Shown: piece after piece, positions 36,777 through 48,607 of the stretch
Position numbering within the stretch: position 1 is the first letter of the stretch
How the letters are laid out: the number at the start of each line of letters is the position of its first letter
DNA from: Basidiobolus meristosporus CBS 931.73
Taxonomy: Eukaryota > Fungi > Basidiobolomycota
DNA: 64,000 bases
Assembly (NCBI GenBank): GCA_002104905.1
Contig: MCFE01000388.1
Coordinates: 1-64,000 of the forward strand
Direction of reading: 5' to 3'
Translations under genes and position numbers: made by a program
Notes under the pieces: model-generated
Database searches by the model: none
What the model was told of the DNA's origin: nothing
What the model saw: the letters and a program-made list of their open reading frames with translations, nothing else

Positions 36777-38831
36777 ATGAACGCGTTGAGTGCCTTGGTA
36801 AAGAACAAGCAGTTCACCCGACTGAATATGAAACCATTATTTGCGGTCATCGGAACTACGGGGGTTGGAAAATCACAGCTATCTATTGAATTGAGTAAAT
36901 GTCTCGACGGAGAAGTGATAAACGGAGATTCTATGCAAGTAATGCTTCCACCAACACCGCCTGTGTGTTCTGTCGATATACAAGAGAGAGAAAAACTAAC
37001 GTGGATTTGTAAGGTTTATAAAGGATATCCTATCATAACAAATAAAGTTACTACGGAAGAACAAGAGAACATCCCACACCATTTATTGGATTTTCTGGAT
37101 GTTCAAAAAGAATACTCGGTGGTAGACTTTGAAAAAGACGCCCTCAAAAGTGTATCCTTTTTTACGAAATCCCGGAGTATAAATCTTGAAGCAAGATTCC
37201 CCCGATTATTCTCCTGAGAGGTAACAGATCGACTCCATCCATTCTTCAGGAAAAACACCCGTTCTTGTTGGCGGCACTCATTACTACATTCAATCGGTTA
37301 TCTGGAACCAATCTCTGCTGCCGAGCAATAGCAAAACCAAGGGTGTTGAGCGAGGAAGTGGATCCGATGAAGAATATGACCAAATCGACACAAATACCTT
37401 GTACAATAGACTAAAAGAAATAGACCCTACCATGGCGGAATACTGGCATCCGAACAATCGACGAAAAATCATTAGAAGTTTAAAGGTTGTATGCAATTGA
37501 TTCGGCGTGATCCAACACTATGCTAAATAGATGCTTCTAGGTATTCGAGGAAACGGGGAAAAAACACAGCGAGTGGATCCAAGAGCAACAAAAGCTGGGA
37601 GTGCAGGAAAATAGATTAAGGTCCTGCTAATGGTTTTGATGGTCGCATGCTTGTACTAAAGGCGTACCTCTAGATTCCCCACATGCATATTCTGGTTGTA
37701 TTCTGAACCAGAAAAGCTATTCCAAAGGCTTGACGACCGGGTCGATAAGATGATCAATGTAGGGCGTTCACTCTCGTGGCTTTATTGCTATGGAAACTAA
37801 CTGTGGTGCTATTTCTGAAGATGGGTTTATTTGATGAATTGGAATCAATGCGGGAGCTCATCAAGGGCAGCGACGTAGATTTCCTTCGAGATGAGGAGGA
37901 CTTTAGTCGTGGAATCAAGCAAGCAATTGGTAGTGGTTACTCGCGATGCTCCAATTGGTTCCCAGCTAACCGGGCAGCTTCCGAGATTAGGGTTCAGAGA
38001 ATTCAATGAGTATTTCAAAGAATTCGAGGCAAACGGCGATTCGGGTAATTTCATTCAAGCCTCTGGCGGCCCAAGAAACCTCACCAAAGCTCATCACCCT
38101 TTTAGAGAAGTTGAGTATTCTAAAGGAGGAGGCGGTAGAGGCCATGAAGCAGAATACAAGGAAGTACTCCAAGAGGCAGATCCACTGGATTCAGAATAAG
38201 CTGATCCCCGTATATGAGAAATCCATGCACGATAGAGTCAAACTGTATCTGCTGGACGCGACAGGTATCCTAGGAAGGCTATAGCACACATGTCCATTCC
38301 TTGTATTCATGCGTTCCTTCTTGTCCCTTAGACCTTGAGAAGTGGGATGTCAATGTCAGAGAGCAAGCGATCAAGATTGCCAAAGGTACATAATAGGTAT
38401 TTCCGCCACCCGCTCTCGTTCAAACGACTAATTACCTTGACAGATTTCATGGACGGCAAAGAAACACCTGAGCCCACCACTTTGAATCAATTTGCCAAAG
38501 AGCTTCTCAAGTCAAGAGAATTGAGGTAATTTTAGCGAGCCATCGCGGTCCCAGTTGCATGCTAATCAATCCCAAATATCGTAGACACGCAGGATCGGTA
38601 ACGGAATGGAAGAAATATACATGCGACATATGCAAAGACTCCAAGGCCTCGAACACCCCACTAATCATCAACGGTACCATTGAATGGGAGCAACACTTAA
38701 AATCACGTAGACATCGCAAGCAACTACAGTACAACTCAAAGATTGCCAAGCTAGGCTATGATCCAAAGGAGTTTTACAAAAGCAAAAAGCGTCAGAGAGA
38801 AGTCGAGGAGCAAGAAAAGGGAGAAAGCTAG
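36777..38831 (+). CDS. MOD5: tRNA isopentenyltransferase with C-terminal matrin-type zinc finger
   Basis: VIGTTGVGKSQL P-loop, EVINGDSMQ, PHHLL, LVGGTHYYIQS, RKYSKRQIHW, CDICK...WEQHLKSRRH. Confidence 0.95.
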
Positions 38832-38990
38832 AGATGCTTGATTGGAGCGAATATGGCATTCATACAGACTTGCGTTTAGTGATTAACATGAATAAAGCAT
38901 TCATTCAAACTTGCGTTTAATGATTAACATCGGAATATACATACATATATAATAAACTACCAGCCAGCAATAATTGGGTGGGTGCAGTGA

Positions 38991-40280
38991 TTAAATCAAG
39001 CCAGCTTCCAGCTGTCTCTTGAAGTACTCTACAGTCTCCTGTATCCCCTGCACCACGCTGAAGCGTGGCTCCCAACCCAACGACTGCCTAGCTCTGGTAA
39101 TATCTGGTTTGCGCCTTTGCGGGTCATCTACGGTGGCTGGCAACAACTTCAACGCCGCCTTTTTGTCAACCTGATCACGGATAAGCTCGGCAAACTGGAG
39201 GATCGTGTACTCATCGGGATTGCCCAAGTTACAAGGCTCGGTTTGGTTCGAGTTCATTAGTAGAATCAAACCATCCACCAGATCATGGATGTACTGGAAT
39301 GATCGGGTTTGCGTGCCGCCACCGTAGATTGTGAGCTCTTCTCCCCTAAGCGCCTGCATGATGAAGTTACTTACGACTCGTCCATCATTCTCGTTCATTC
39401 GAGGCCCGAAAGTGTTGAAGATTCGAGCCACTCGCACCTCAACATCCGCTTGGTACATGTAGGAATAAGTGAGCGTTTCTGCTACTCTCTTGCCTTCGTC
39501 GTAGCACGCACGAGGCCCGCTATGAACTCAAGTTAGCCGAGAACAAACCAAATACCACTTCGACTGAAGCTTACATAGGATTCACATTTCCCCAGTATTC
39601 TTCTTTCTGAGGATGCATCTCTGGGTCTCCATAAATCTCTACAAACCAACCACTCGGTTAAAACTGGTCCAAGACCGGGATTGTAAGCGCATACCTGAGG
39701 TTGAAGCTAGCAAAAATCGGGCCTTCACTCTCTTGGCCAAGCCTAGCATATTCATGGTTCCCAACACACTTGTCTTCACAGTCTTGATAGGGTTATACTG
39801 ATAGTGTGGTGGCGAGGCTGGGCAGGCCAAATGATAGATTTGGTCAACTTCGATCATGAAGGGGTCCACGACATCGTGTCTTACGAGCTCAAAATGTGGG
39901 TGGCCAATCCAGTGCTGGACATTCCTCTTGTTGCCGGTAAAAAAATTATCTACTACGATTACCTCATGACCCATTATCATTAGTCTGTCTACAAGATGGG
40001 AGCCTACAAAGCCTGCCCCGCCGGTAACTAGGATACGCTTCTTTTCAGAGGCTTTCAGCATCCTGATTGGTGGGAAATTTTGAAACCTGGGTAACGCCAC
40101 GAGCTCTTCCGTGTTGACGGGAGCAGAGACCTTTGGTGGAAGATAGATATTCTGGAGAACAGCATGTGGCACTGTAGATTCGCCATGATCGTAGCCAACA
40201 CTTTCTATGAGGCTCACGTACCCGTTCGAGTCCTGAGGGGTATTTTCAGAATCGGCCTTTGTTTGGTCTGAATACACCAT
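38991..40280 (-). CDS. UXS1: UDP-glucuronic acid decarboxylase (UDP-xylose synthase)
   Basis: [66 protein letters not shown]. Confidence 0.97.
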
Positions 40281-40881
40281 GGTTTAAGTTTTGGAGTGTG
40301 TCGACTTCAGGTCGGTATGTCTTGCGTACGATCAAGTTGAGTGTACAGCCTATTGTTAAGATGACAGGAAACTGACTAAACGATATGTAATATAGGCGGC
40401 ACAGGAAGTATAGTTCTTGCAGCACAAATAGCTTGGATATGTAAGCCTGAGAGAATCGAAGTGGTGTGGGCAGCAAGTAAGGGGTTACTTGGAGGTAGAA
40501 CTATATATATCAAATCACCCGAAGAGGAGCTGTATAATGATGAAGACAACAGATGAATCAATCAGACAGGATTAGCATTGTATCTAGAATATCCAAAATT
40601 CCAAATGCGTTAACTAAGCCTGATCAGGGAAATAATTCATCCACCAATGTAAATGGGAAGACAAGCTTATTGATAGGTGATTATTGTTCACTTAAGAACG
40701 GCTTCTTCACTTCTATTTTTCATTGATAAACCATTTGAAGATTCACTGTTTTCATTTTGATGTTGAAAGATGAAATAAGCTAGTTTCTCAGGATACGCAA
40801 GTAGTTTACTCGGGTAACCATACATAATGACCCCTGGTGTGTAGTGTTGTATATTGATAAATTTTATGAAGTATAAATATA

Positions 40882-41044
40882 GTCAACGCTTCGGCACAAT
40901 TTCCCACAGACCAAATGAATGGTTACTGGTAGTTGGTTCCTAATTGTTGACTTGCCATCTAGAGCACTTGGATAGCTATGTTAGCTATCATGGCAGTGAC
41001 TTGGCCGTAAGATACCTAATCACCGTGGCATGTGCACATGATCC
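40882..41044 (-). repeat. 163-bp structured module, stand-alone copy
   Basis: Identical to 22998-23160; flanks unrelated to other copies. Confidence 0.95.
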
Positions 41045-41204
41045 GAATTGTAATAGAGTGATTTGATCATCTTTTATAATGAATGTCTACGTGAGCAGGG
41101 TATGGGATAGCAAAGAAATCATTCAATACGAATAATAAATGAGTCGGAAATATTTACATATCGCATCAATCATATCAGATTCAGATTTAGGCTCACGATC
41201 AGAA

Positions 41205-44200
41205 TCAGAATGTTGATGTGTTGAGGGCAAATTGCGAGGGTGCTTCGTAGTCCATTTGACTGAAGGCAACCACATATCTAAGTAAATGAAGCTGTAACCA
41301 GTCTGGAATATACTCCTCGGTGTGCGAAAAGGTCATCTTTTGTACGAGTTTGGCAATACCATATGTATCTATGGGTATATCTACAGGCAAGAGAATCTCG
41401 TCCGGCTTTTCCGAAAGCTCACAGCATTCGGTGATTTCGGCCACAAGAGTTGCTGGCAAAGGCTCCTCGTAGTCGGAGACTGAGTAAAGAAGTGTGATCT
41501 TCTTGATTTGGCCAGGATTCAGGAGTTCGCATGCTTGAAACAGGACATCGATATCTTGTACAGTATTTAACAACGTCAACAACTTCGTGGCTTGGCGGAG
41601 TTGATCCAAATGTTGCAAATCAAGTTGCTCATAAGGAAGCCGTGAGGTCCATTCTTGCAGTTGAGTGATATTAGCTTGAATTTGGGTTCCTCGTTTCCAC
41701 GAGCAGAAATTACGTCTATTCAGAGAAGGTTCAATATATATATATATTCGAGGTCTACTTTATAAAATGCCACTTACCTGGTGACGATGTTGTTAAACGC
41801 GGTGGCGCCTACGTAGTTCAGTAACTCTTCGATGATACGCTTCGCCATGGCTGGATCGACGAAGTAGCAATCCAACAAGTTTCTCTCATGCTCCAAGAAT
41901 TCAGAGACTATCTTCACAGTTGGTGGTATCATACTGTTTCTAGCATTGGTCATGATTTTCTTGAAAAAGCCCGACTCCTGAACAAAGTACTCCATCAAAG
42001 GTTGGCTCTCGATGATTCCTGGGACAATGAGTCGACTAATACGTTTCTTCAGATCTTGCAGGAGAAGATTGTAGATTTTCACAATTAGTTCCTCTAGCGT
42101 CTCCTTCATCTTGATCACCACCTTGGCTGGGTCCAGATAATCGGAGCTGTATCTCACGGAGTTCGGGTTCTGACTCTGATAACGCTGATCTATGTCGACA
42201 ATCCCTTGCAGCAAATACACACTATTTGCAAGCCAGTAATGAGCAACGTTTTCAAATTTGGCCGGCTCAGCTTTCAGGATCAACCCCTCGATGATTTGAG
42301 TCGATTGAGTCAGCAGCCTTCTCATCTCAAGCCCCAAATTATACACCCAGAACTGCTCCACACAAGTGCATATGAGATGTGCCGGGTACAATATCTCGGA
42401 GCGGGAAAGTGCTGATCGAGGTCCATCTTGGATCGGGATTTCCGATTCTCGCAGCAACTCTTCAATCTCGTTGACTAGGCCCTCACTCTCCAAGATCGAT
42501 GCAGTGTGTGCACTATTTCTAATGCCTGTAAGGGCTCCAAATGTCGCTCTTCTAGCAGATGCAATTTCCTCGTTGTACAGAGCTGCCGTCTGAGGGTTAC
42601 TGAATTCTGGCAGCACTATTTCCTCACATGATTTCGTGGATTCAGTAGAGCCACTCTGCCACGAGTTGTGGCCATCGTGAATCACTTCTGAGGTCAGCAC
42701 CTCTTCTTGGCCATTCACTCCGTTCACACTTTCATAACTTGAATCACCCGTCATGCCAGACATCCTCTTTGTCTTCTGCAGCTCTTTTTTGATATTGGCG
42801 AATTCAGCCTTGAGCAAACTCAATTCCTCTTCTCTCAGCTCCAGGCTCTCGATCAATTGCTGACGCTCCAGAGATAAGGCGGTGTTTTCGTTCTGAAGGC
42901 AGATCTTTTCTTCGATGTGTCTGGCAATCTCCTCCTCCAACTCACCGTTTCTGGCGGCAAAATCGTCACATCTGTGTTTCCAATGATCAACTTGATCATT
43001 TTCAATCTGGGTTTTAGAAATCTCGTCACGGTCCACTGCTTCAACATTGTCAGCGATTTCAATGAACGGAACGGAGGCTAATTCTATGGTAGGCGACTTG
43101 GGCTCTTCCGAAGATGCAGAGGTGCTCTCTGCATCTCTGCGAAGCCCATCCAAGTGGGCTTGAGCTAGAGAACGTCGGATGCAAGATTGAAGTAGCACAA
43201 CGAGCCTGACCTGCCTTGCATAATCGCGTTCAGCAGTCAACCGACGATAATGTTTTTGGATTGTCGTAGCTGCCTTGTGCTGTTTAAGCTCAAGGACCTG
43301 TTTGACAGCGAAGTGCCTTCGAACAACGGTCTGAACCCTCGATATGGAGCGTAGATCATGCCGGAACTGTGACCTCTGGTGCACCATTTTCCAGTTCTTT
43401 TGTATACGTGTGGCAGCTTGGTTTTCACGCAGTTTCCGTACGAACAAACGCGCCAGTTTACAACGTGCATGTGATTGTAAGATAATGGTATGTGCTCGGA
43501 GGACCTTATAATTTCTTTGAGCAAAATACCGGCGGATGTTGCTCTGTATTCTGCACGCAGAGCTGTTCAATTTCGTTGACCTTAATTTCTCCAGGTAAGC
43601 TAACTGGCCTGCCTGGAAAAATACTTTGGTGCGTCCAAGCTGATACTTTTCCTCGTCCTTTAGAGTAGACACCAAAAGGCTTTTAGAAAATTTGGTTGTA
43701 TCCTTGAAATTCCACTGTGATGATGGGGCCAGCAGGTAGTAACGGTCCACAAACTCGTTTAAGGATCTTCTAGACGGATAACCTTGACAACTGATACGAA
43801 TTGTCTCCAATACACCGCAGGCTCTCAGTTGTGAAAGAACCATCTGGGAGTCAAAATGCCAAGGCTTCTTTTCCTCATTGGGCTTTATGCAACGAATATA
43901 GTGGACATTGGTAGAGCTAATGGTCTCCATCAGGTTGACAAGTGAGCCTTTGAACGTAGAACCTAGAGTTTTCTTGACGTTCCCGGTGGTAGGGCTTCTT
44001 CCATTCTTTGGAGAGTTAGAAGGGGGCTCGTTGTTGGCCGTAATGATCTCCTTCAAGAAACCGAACTTGGTGGCCATCAAAACCTGGATCAACTCATCGG
44101 AGATGGTGTCCTTGTTCTTCTCCAAGAATCCGTTCACTTCGTAGGTAACATCGTGAGCGTAGTGGCAAATGGTAAAGGCCTCGTTGGAGAATTTCGGTTT

Positions 44201-46353
44201 CTTGAAAAACGCATTTTTCTCTGGAACATCGAGCTGCTTGTAGAGCTTAGATACTAAAGATAGATCTGAGCCCTTTGGCATTCTGCTTTCCTCGTCCAAC
44301 AGCGCCAGCACACCCAATTTCCCCTCTATCACATCGATACAAGGCTGATTATCACTGAACTCAATAAACTGCCAGCCAATCTCCTCCTTTATATACTCTT
44401 CCTGTTCCAGCTTGAAGACATGCTTGTTAAACTCTTGTTGGAGTTTTTCGTTCGCATAGTTGATGCAGAATTGTTCAAACGAGTTCTTTTCGAAGTGCTC
44501 AAACCCGTATATATCCAGCACTCCGATAAATGATGCCACGGTACTGGGATCGGTTTCGCTGCACAGGCTTTGGTTGATAATCTTGATCAGCCATCCAAAA
44601 AGGTTGGTATAGATGTACTTGGAGACCGCGTCTCGTGCGGTTATTGACTCCAAAGGGGATAAGGAATTGGTAATCCTCTCGGATCGCATGATGATTTGTT
44701 TCTTCATCAGCCATTTTCGAAATTCGGCTGGATCAAGACCCAACAGAGCTGTAGCGGTCGTGAAGGCCAGATCCTCGACATCAATCGCAGCGCCATGCTT
44801 CTCAGAGCCAGCAATGTTAATATTACCAAGGTGCAGTATGGCGGCCAGGATCTTGAGTATGTTCTTCTGAGCATCCTGCGTAACCCCAACTAGCTCCAGC
44901 TGATTTGCGTGTTTGTTCAAACTCCTCTTTGTCGTCCACCCCGTTGATTGTTCCTAGTCCACCTTGATTTAAATAGTGGTATGTGCTGTAATCATCCAGC
45001 GATAGTTCCTCCTTCTCTTCTGAGGAGGCGCCTGCACATAGCTACATCCACGACGCATTAATAACTAGCAGTTACTCCGAAAGATATGGCTCACCTACCT
45101 GATAAAATATGTGGTAATTACGCTCAGTGTAAGGCTGGTGAATCAGACGGGATCTTTCTAGAAGATAAGTACGTATCCGAGCGCCAACAATGTTGGTTGT
45201 TTGGTCAAACAAGATCTGTTTTCAAGCCGTGAGTTTCTTATACGAGACTGAAGTAGTGTGTGTTGCGTACCTCAATATATTTCCCAAAACGGGAGCTGTT
45301 GTCATTTCTAGTAGTTTTGGCGTTACCGAAAGCCTCGAGTATGGGATTGGTAGCTAACAGAAATTCAAATGGTAAGTACACTTAGCCTCACACCACCCGG
45401 TGAATGCCTTACCTAATATCTGTTCCTCCACTTCGCTTAGATCTGACCCGCCTGCTCAACAAAAGAATCAACGAAATGTAATTGTTTTGATGAGATGTAG
45501 AGCATGATTACCATTTCCTTCGGAGTCTTTGACTGAAGCAAAGTAACGCATGATAAACTTGGCGCTCACCGTTTTACCAGCCCCACTAGCGAGGAGGCAC
45601 CCGGATTAGCATCTGGATGACAGTAATATTTTCCAACCATGCACGAACCTCTCTCCAGAAACAACTATCGTCTGGTTTTGATTCTCTCGCAACATACACC
45701 TGTAGGCATCTTCCGAGATGGCGAACAGATGTGGCTTCAGCTCACCTCGCGCTTTCCCCGAATATTCCTGGATGACTTCAGGCGAATACAGAGAAACTTT
45801 ATGAAATGGATTGCATGCAATCAGAACTATTCCCGAGTATGTATAGATTTCTCGCTGTGTATAGCGAGTATGGATGTTGTGAAGTACTGGGATGAAAGTT
45901 AATCCATGCTCGAGCAATCCTTTGTGGAAAATACGCACCAGCTGGCTCATGCAAGTAACTTAGATTCGTCAAGTCGTCAATCCCTTCCAGAATCGGAGGA
46001 TTACACAATGGGGGTAGGTCTGCTTGCTTGCATTTGACTTTCTCGAGGCTATACTGTTGGTTTACAAGCTTGGACATGGCGAAGAGATAACACCATATGT
46101 GAATATGGGAAATCGAGAGAGGGCGAGCTATATCAAAGGACTTACTTGATCCCCGTCGGTTTTCATTTCAAAATATACAGTAGAATCTTCTATCCTTTTA
46201 GAGACTATCTGTCCCTTCACCCAGCCGTCTTCCTGGTCTGCCAGCCATACTTGGGTATCCTGTTCAAAGGTATGATTCAATACGATGTTTTCACAGCTCA
46301 TCAAGAAAGAATAGAACCTTTTCGTATGCCTCTAGAATCTGAAGATTATCCAT
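41205..46353 (-). CDS. MYO2: Class V myosin (motor, IQ repeats, coiled coil, DIL tail)
   Basis: [19 protein letters not shown]|[51 protein letters not shown] motifs, DIL-like C-terminal exon 41205-41618. Confidence 0.95.
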
Positions 46354-47789
46354 TTCCCGTTATGTTTAGGCGAAACGATATATTTTTTGGACCAAAGATG
46401 AAGTACAGAGCCGGCGCTTATATGAGGGTGGGTGGGCTAACGGTATTCCAAATCGAAAATAAGGCCAAAGGTTCATAAACAAGGAACCTTGCTATCAATG
46501 AAATAAACAAGCTCACTCAGGGCGTGTACGGAGTATAAATGAAGGATAAAGAGTCCGTAGAATTCAAGGGGTAGAAGTCACAAAAATTCGCGATCACACC
46601 CGGCTACACAGGAACGCACCTGTCACAGCCTCCTCACAGCATCTTCAGATACTTCATTCCGGTTCACATGCACTAATCGTGCTACCGCTTTCATTGATGG
46701 ATACATATAGTGAAGATTTGGTAACTCATTTAGTCCTCCTTTGTATTGATCCAATGACCTGAATATGAGTACGTTCTCTGATAAACATTGTGTAAAACCT
46801 CTCAGGTGTATAAAGTGTGAAAAGGGTGCAATTTGAGTGTCGCATATGTATGCCACTCTTGATTTGCTCCAATCAACTTGGATGCATGTACTACTATTTG
46901 ACAACGTCAATGATGTTGTATGCATTGCTGTAGTGAGGGAATTCGACAGTGATTGGCTTGTACTTCCCATCCATCTATTAAAGACTATTATCCATTAAAA
47001 GACCATGAAACTTGCGATGTCCTCGATAATGCACCTCATGTTAAAATAATCCTCCGATACCAGTACGTCAACCTTTATTAACTCCACAAGTTCCATGCAT
47101 GAACAAGGTGCAGGTATTGCTCTTTACACGGTCTAATGAATCTGACACATGAACGTGTGCACCTTCCAGTACTCGGGATTATTTTCTATCCGATACCACA
47201 TACCTGATGACCTGACTCTCCCTTTTACCATTCAGTCATAAATTTCTCGTTTGACCTCTAAGTAATCAGACGATTCAAATATTGAAGCAATTAGGATCTA
47301 AACCCAATCTGGACTGGAATAGAATTTCCTTACTGCAGTCCTGTAGCGGTCATCTTGTTGACAAACCAACAAATAATTCAAGTGTTCAAAGGAAAATTCT
47401 ACAACATAGTACAAGTTTGCCGATATTCAGGGGGGATTAATTGTTCGTTGATGCGATCTCTTGAAGGCGGTGGTAATTGGCTTAATGCACATCAAGACCC
47501 TAATGTAACTTTCGAGATGCATACTGATTAAGAGGTATGCAGCCGCATGGATCCACTAATTATCGTATAAAGAAAAAGGAAAACCGAGGTTAAAACATGA
47601 TTCAGTTACTGTTCAATAACAAAATGAGTAGCAGGAAATTGCATATGTTTGCAAAAACATATAAATACCTGTCAAGCAAAGCTACAAATTGAATTTGCAA
47701 CAAGGAATATCACAATGATATTTTTCAAACGCACAACGAAGATACCTCAAGGAGTAATGACTCTTAATGATATGCCAAATCAAATGTAT

Positions 47790-47861
47790 GGCTCAATGGT
47801 CTAGTAGTATGATTCCTCGTTCGGGTCGAGGAGGTCCCGGGTTCAATTCCCGGTTGAGCCC
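47790..47861 (+). tRNA. tRNA-Pro(CGG) sequence (head of SINE-like unit)
   Basis: Identical 72 nt; upstream flank unrelated to the other two copies. Confidence 0.75.
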
Positions 47862-48183
47862 GTTTTGCTACACAAGCTTACGTATGCTTTTGTCAGCCAT
47901 ATTTTCATATCTTGAACCCATGAATATTCCTATGCCCTCCTAAAATCAGTGACTTCCCACTATCAAGAATTCCCTTTAAATAGGCGATGCTGTTCACCCG
48001 AAAACCTTGGATCATGTGCACATGCCACGGTGATTAGGTATCTTACGGCCAAGTCACTGCCATGATAGCTAACATAGTTATCCAAGTGCTCTAGATGGCA
48101 AGTCAACAATTAGGAACCAACTACCAGTAACCATTTATTTGGTCTGTGGGAAATTGTGCCGAAGCGTTGACCATATTTCTATT
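47790..48183 (+). mobile_element. tRNA-Pro-headed SINE-like unit, dispersed copy
   Basis: Homology to 33402-33793 starts exactly at tRNA G1 and ends just after the module (48009-48171) in an AT-rich tail; no TSD identified. Confidence 0.6.
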
Positions 48184-48607
48184 TTATTTATCCACAACTT
48201 TGAAATTCCCAAATATGATAATTTGATACATAAATATTCTTGGTAATTATTGGAAGAATTCGTCAAGTAACTTGGTATATTCTTGGAAAAATAGCATTGT
48301 CTATTCGGCAACCTACGTAACTGGTGTCGGATAGATAGTGTAGCAGATTGAGAAATTTTACATCATACGTCTCACATAGAAAGTCATGGAATTATCCCTT
48401 GGGCGCAATGACACGGCAGGAACCATCATGGGATTGCCATAGTCAGGAGTGTGCATCCTGCAAGGGGCATGGAACATCGCCAAATGGGTGGCAGTAGAGA
48501 GGGTTGATTTATTCATTGATTGACATGTATGAGGAGGAATAGAATCGAATAAAACTCAAGGTAAACGAAACGAAACGAAACGAAAAGGGAATGTTAATTA
48601 TATTACA

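Noticed and set aside
38265-38331. Second MOD5 intron starting GTATCCTAG as U12-type
   Set aside because: Donor departs from consensus at +8/+9 and has the U2-like AG|GT context
19447-38831. Functional cluster of RNA-processing genes (IPI1, TRM7, KH, SDT1, MOD5) around tRNA genes
   Set aside because: Unrelated genes are interspersed, no shared motif was seen, and such housekeeping genes are common enough for chance
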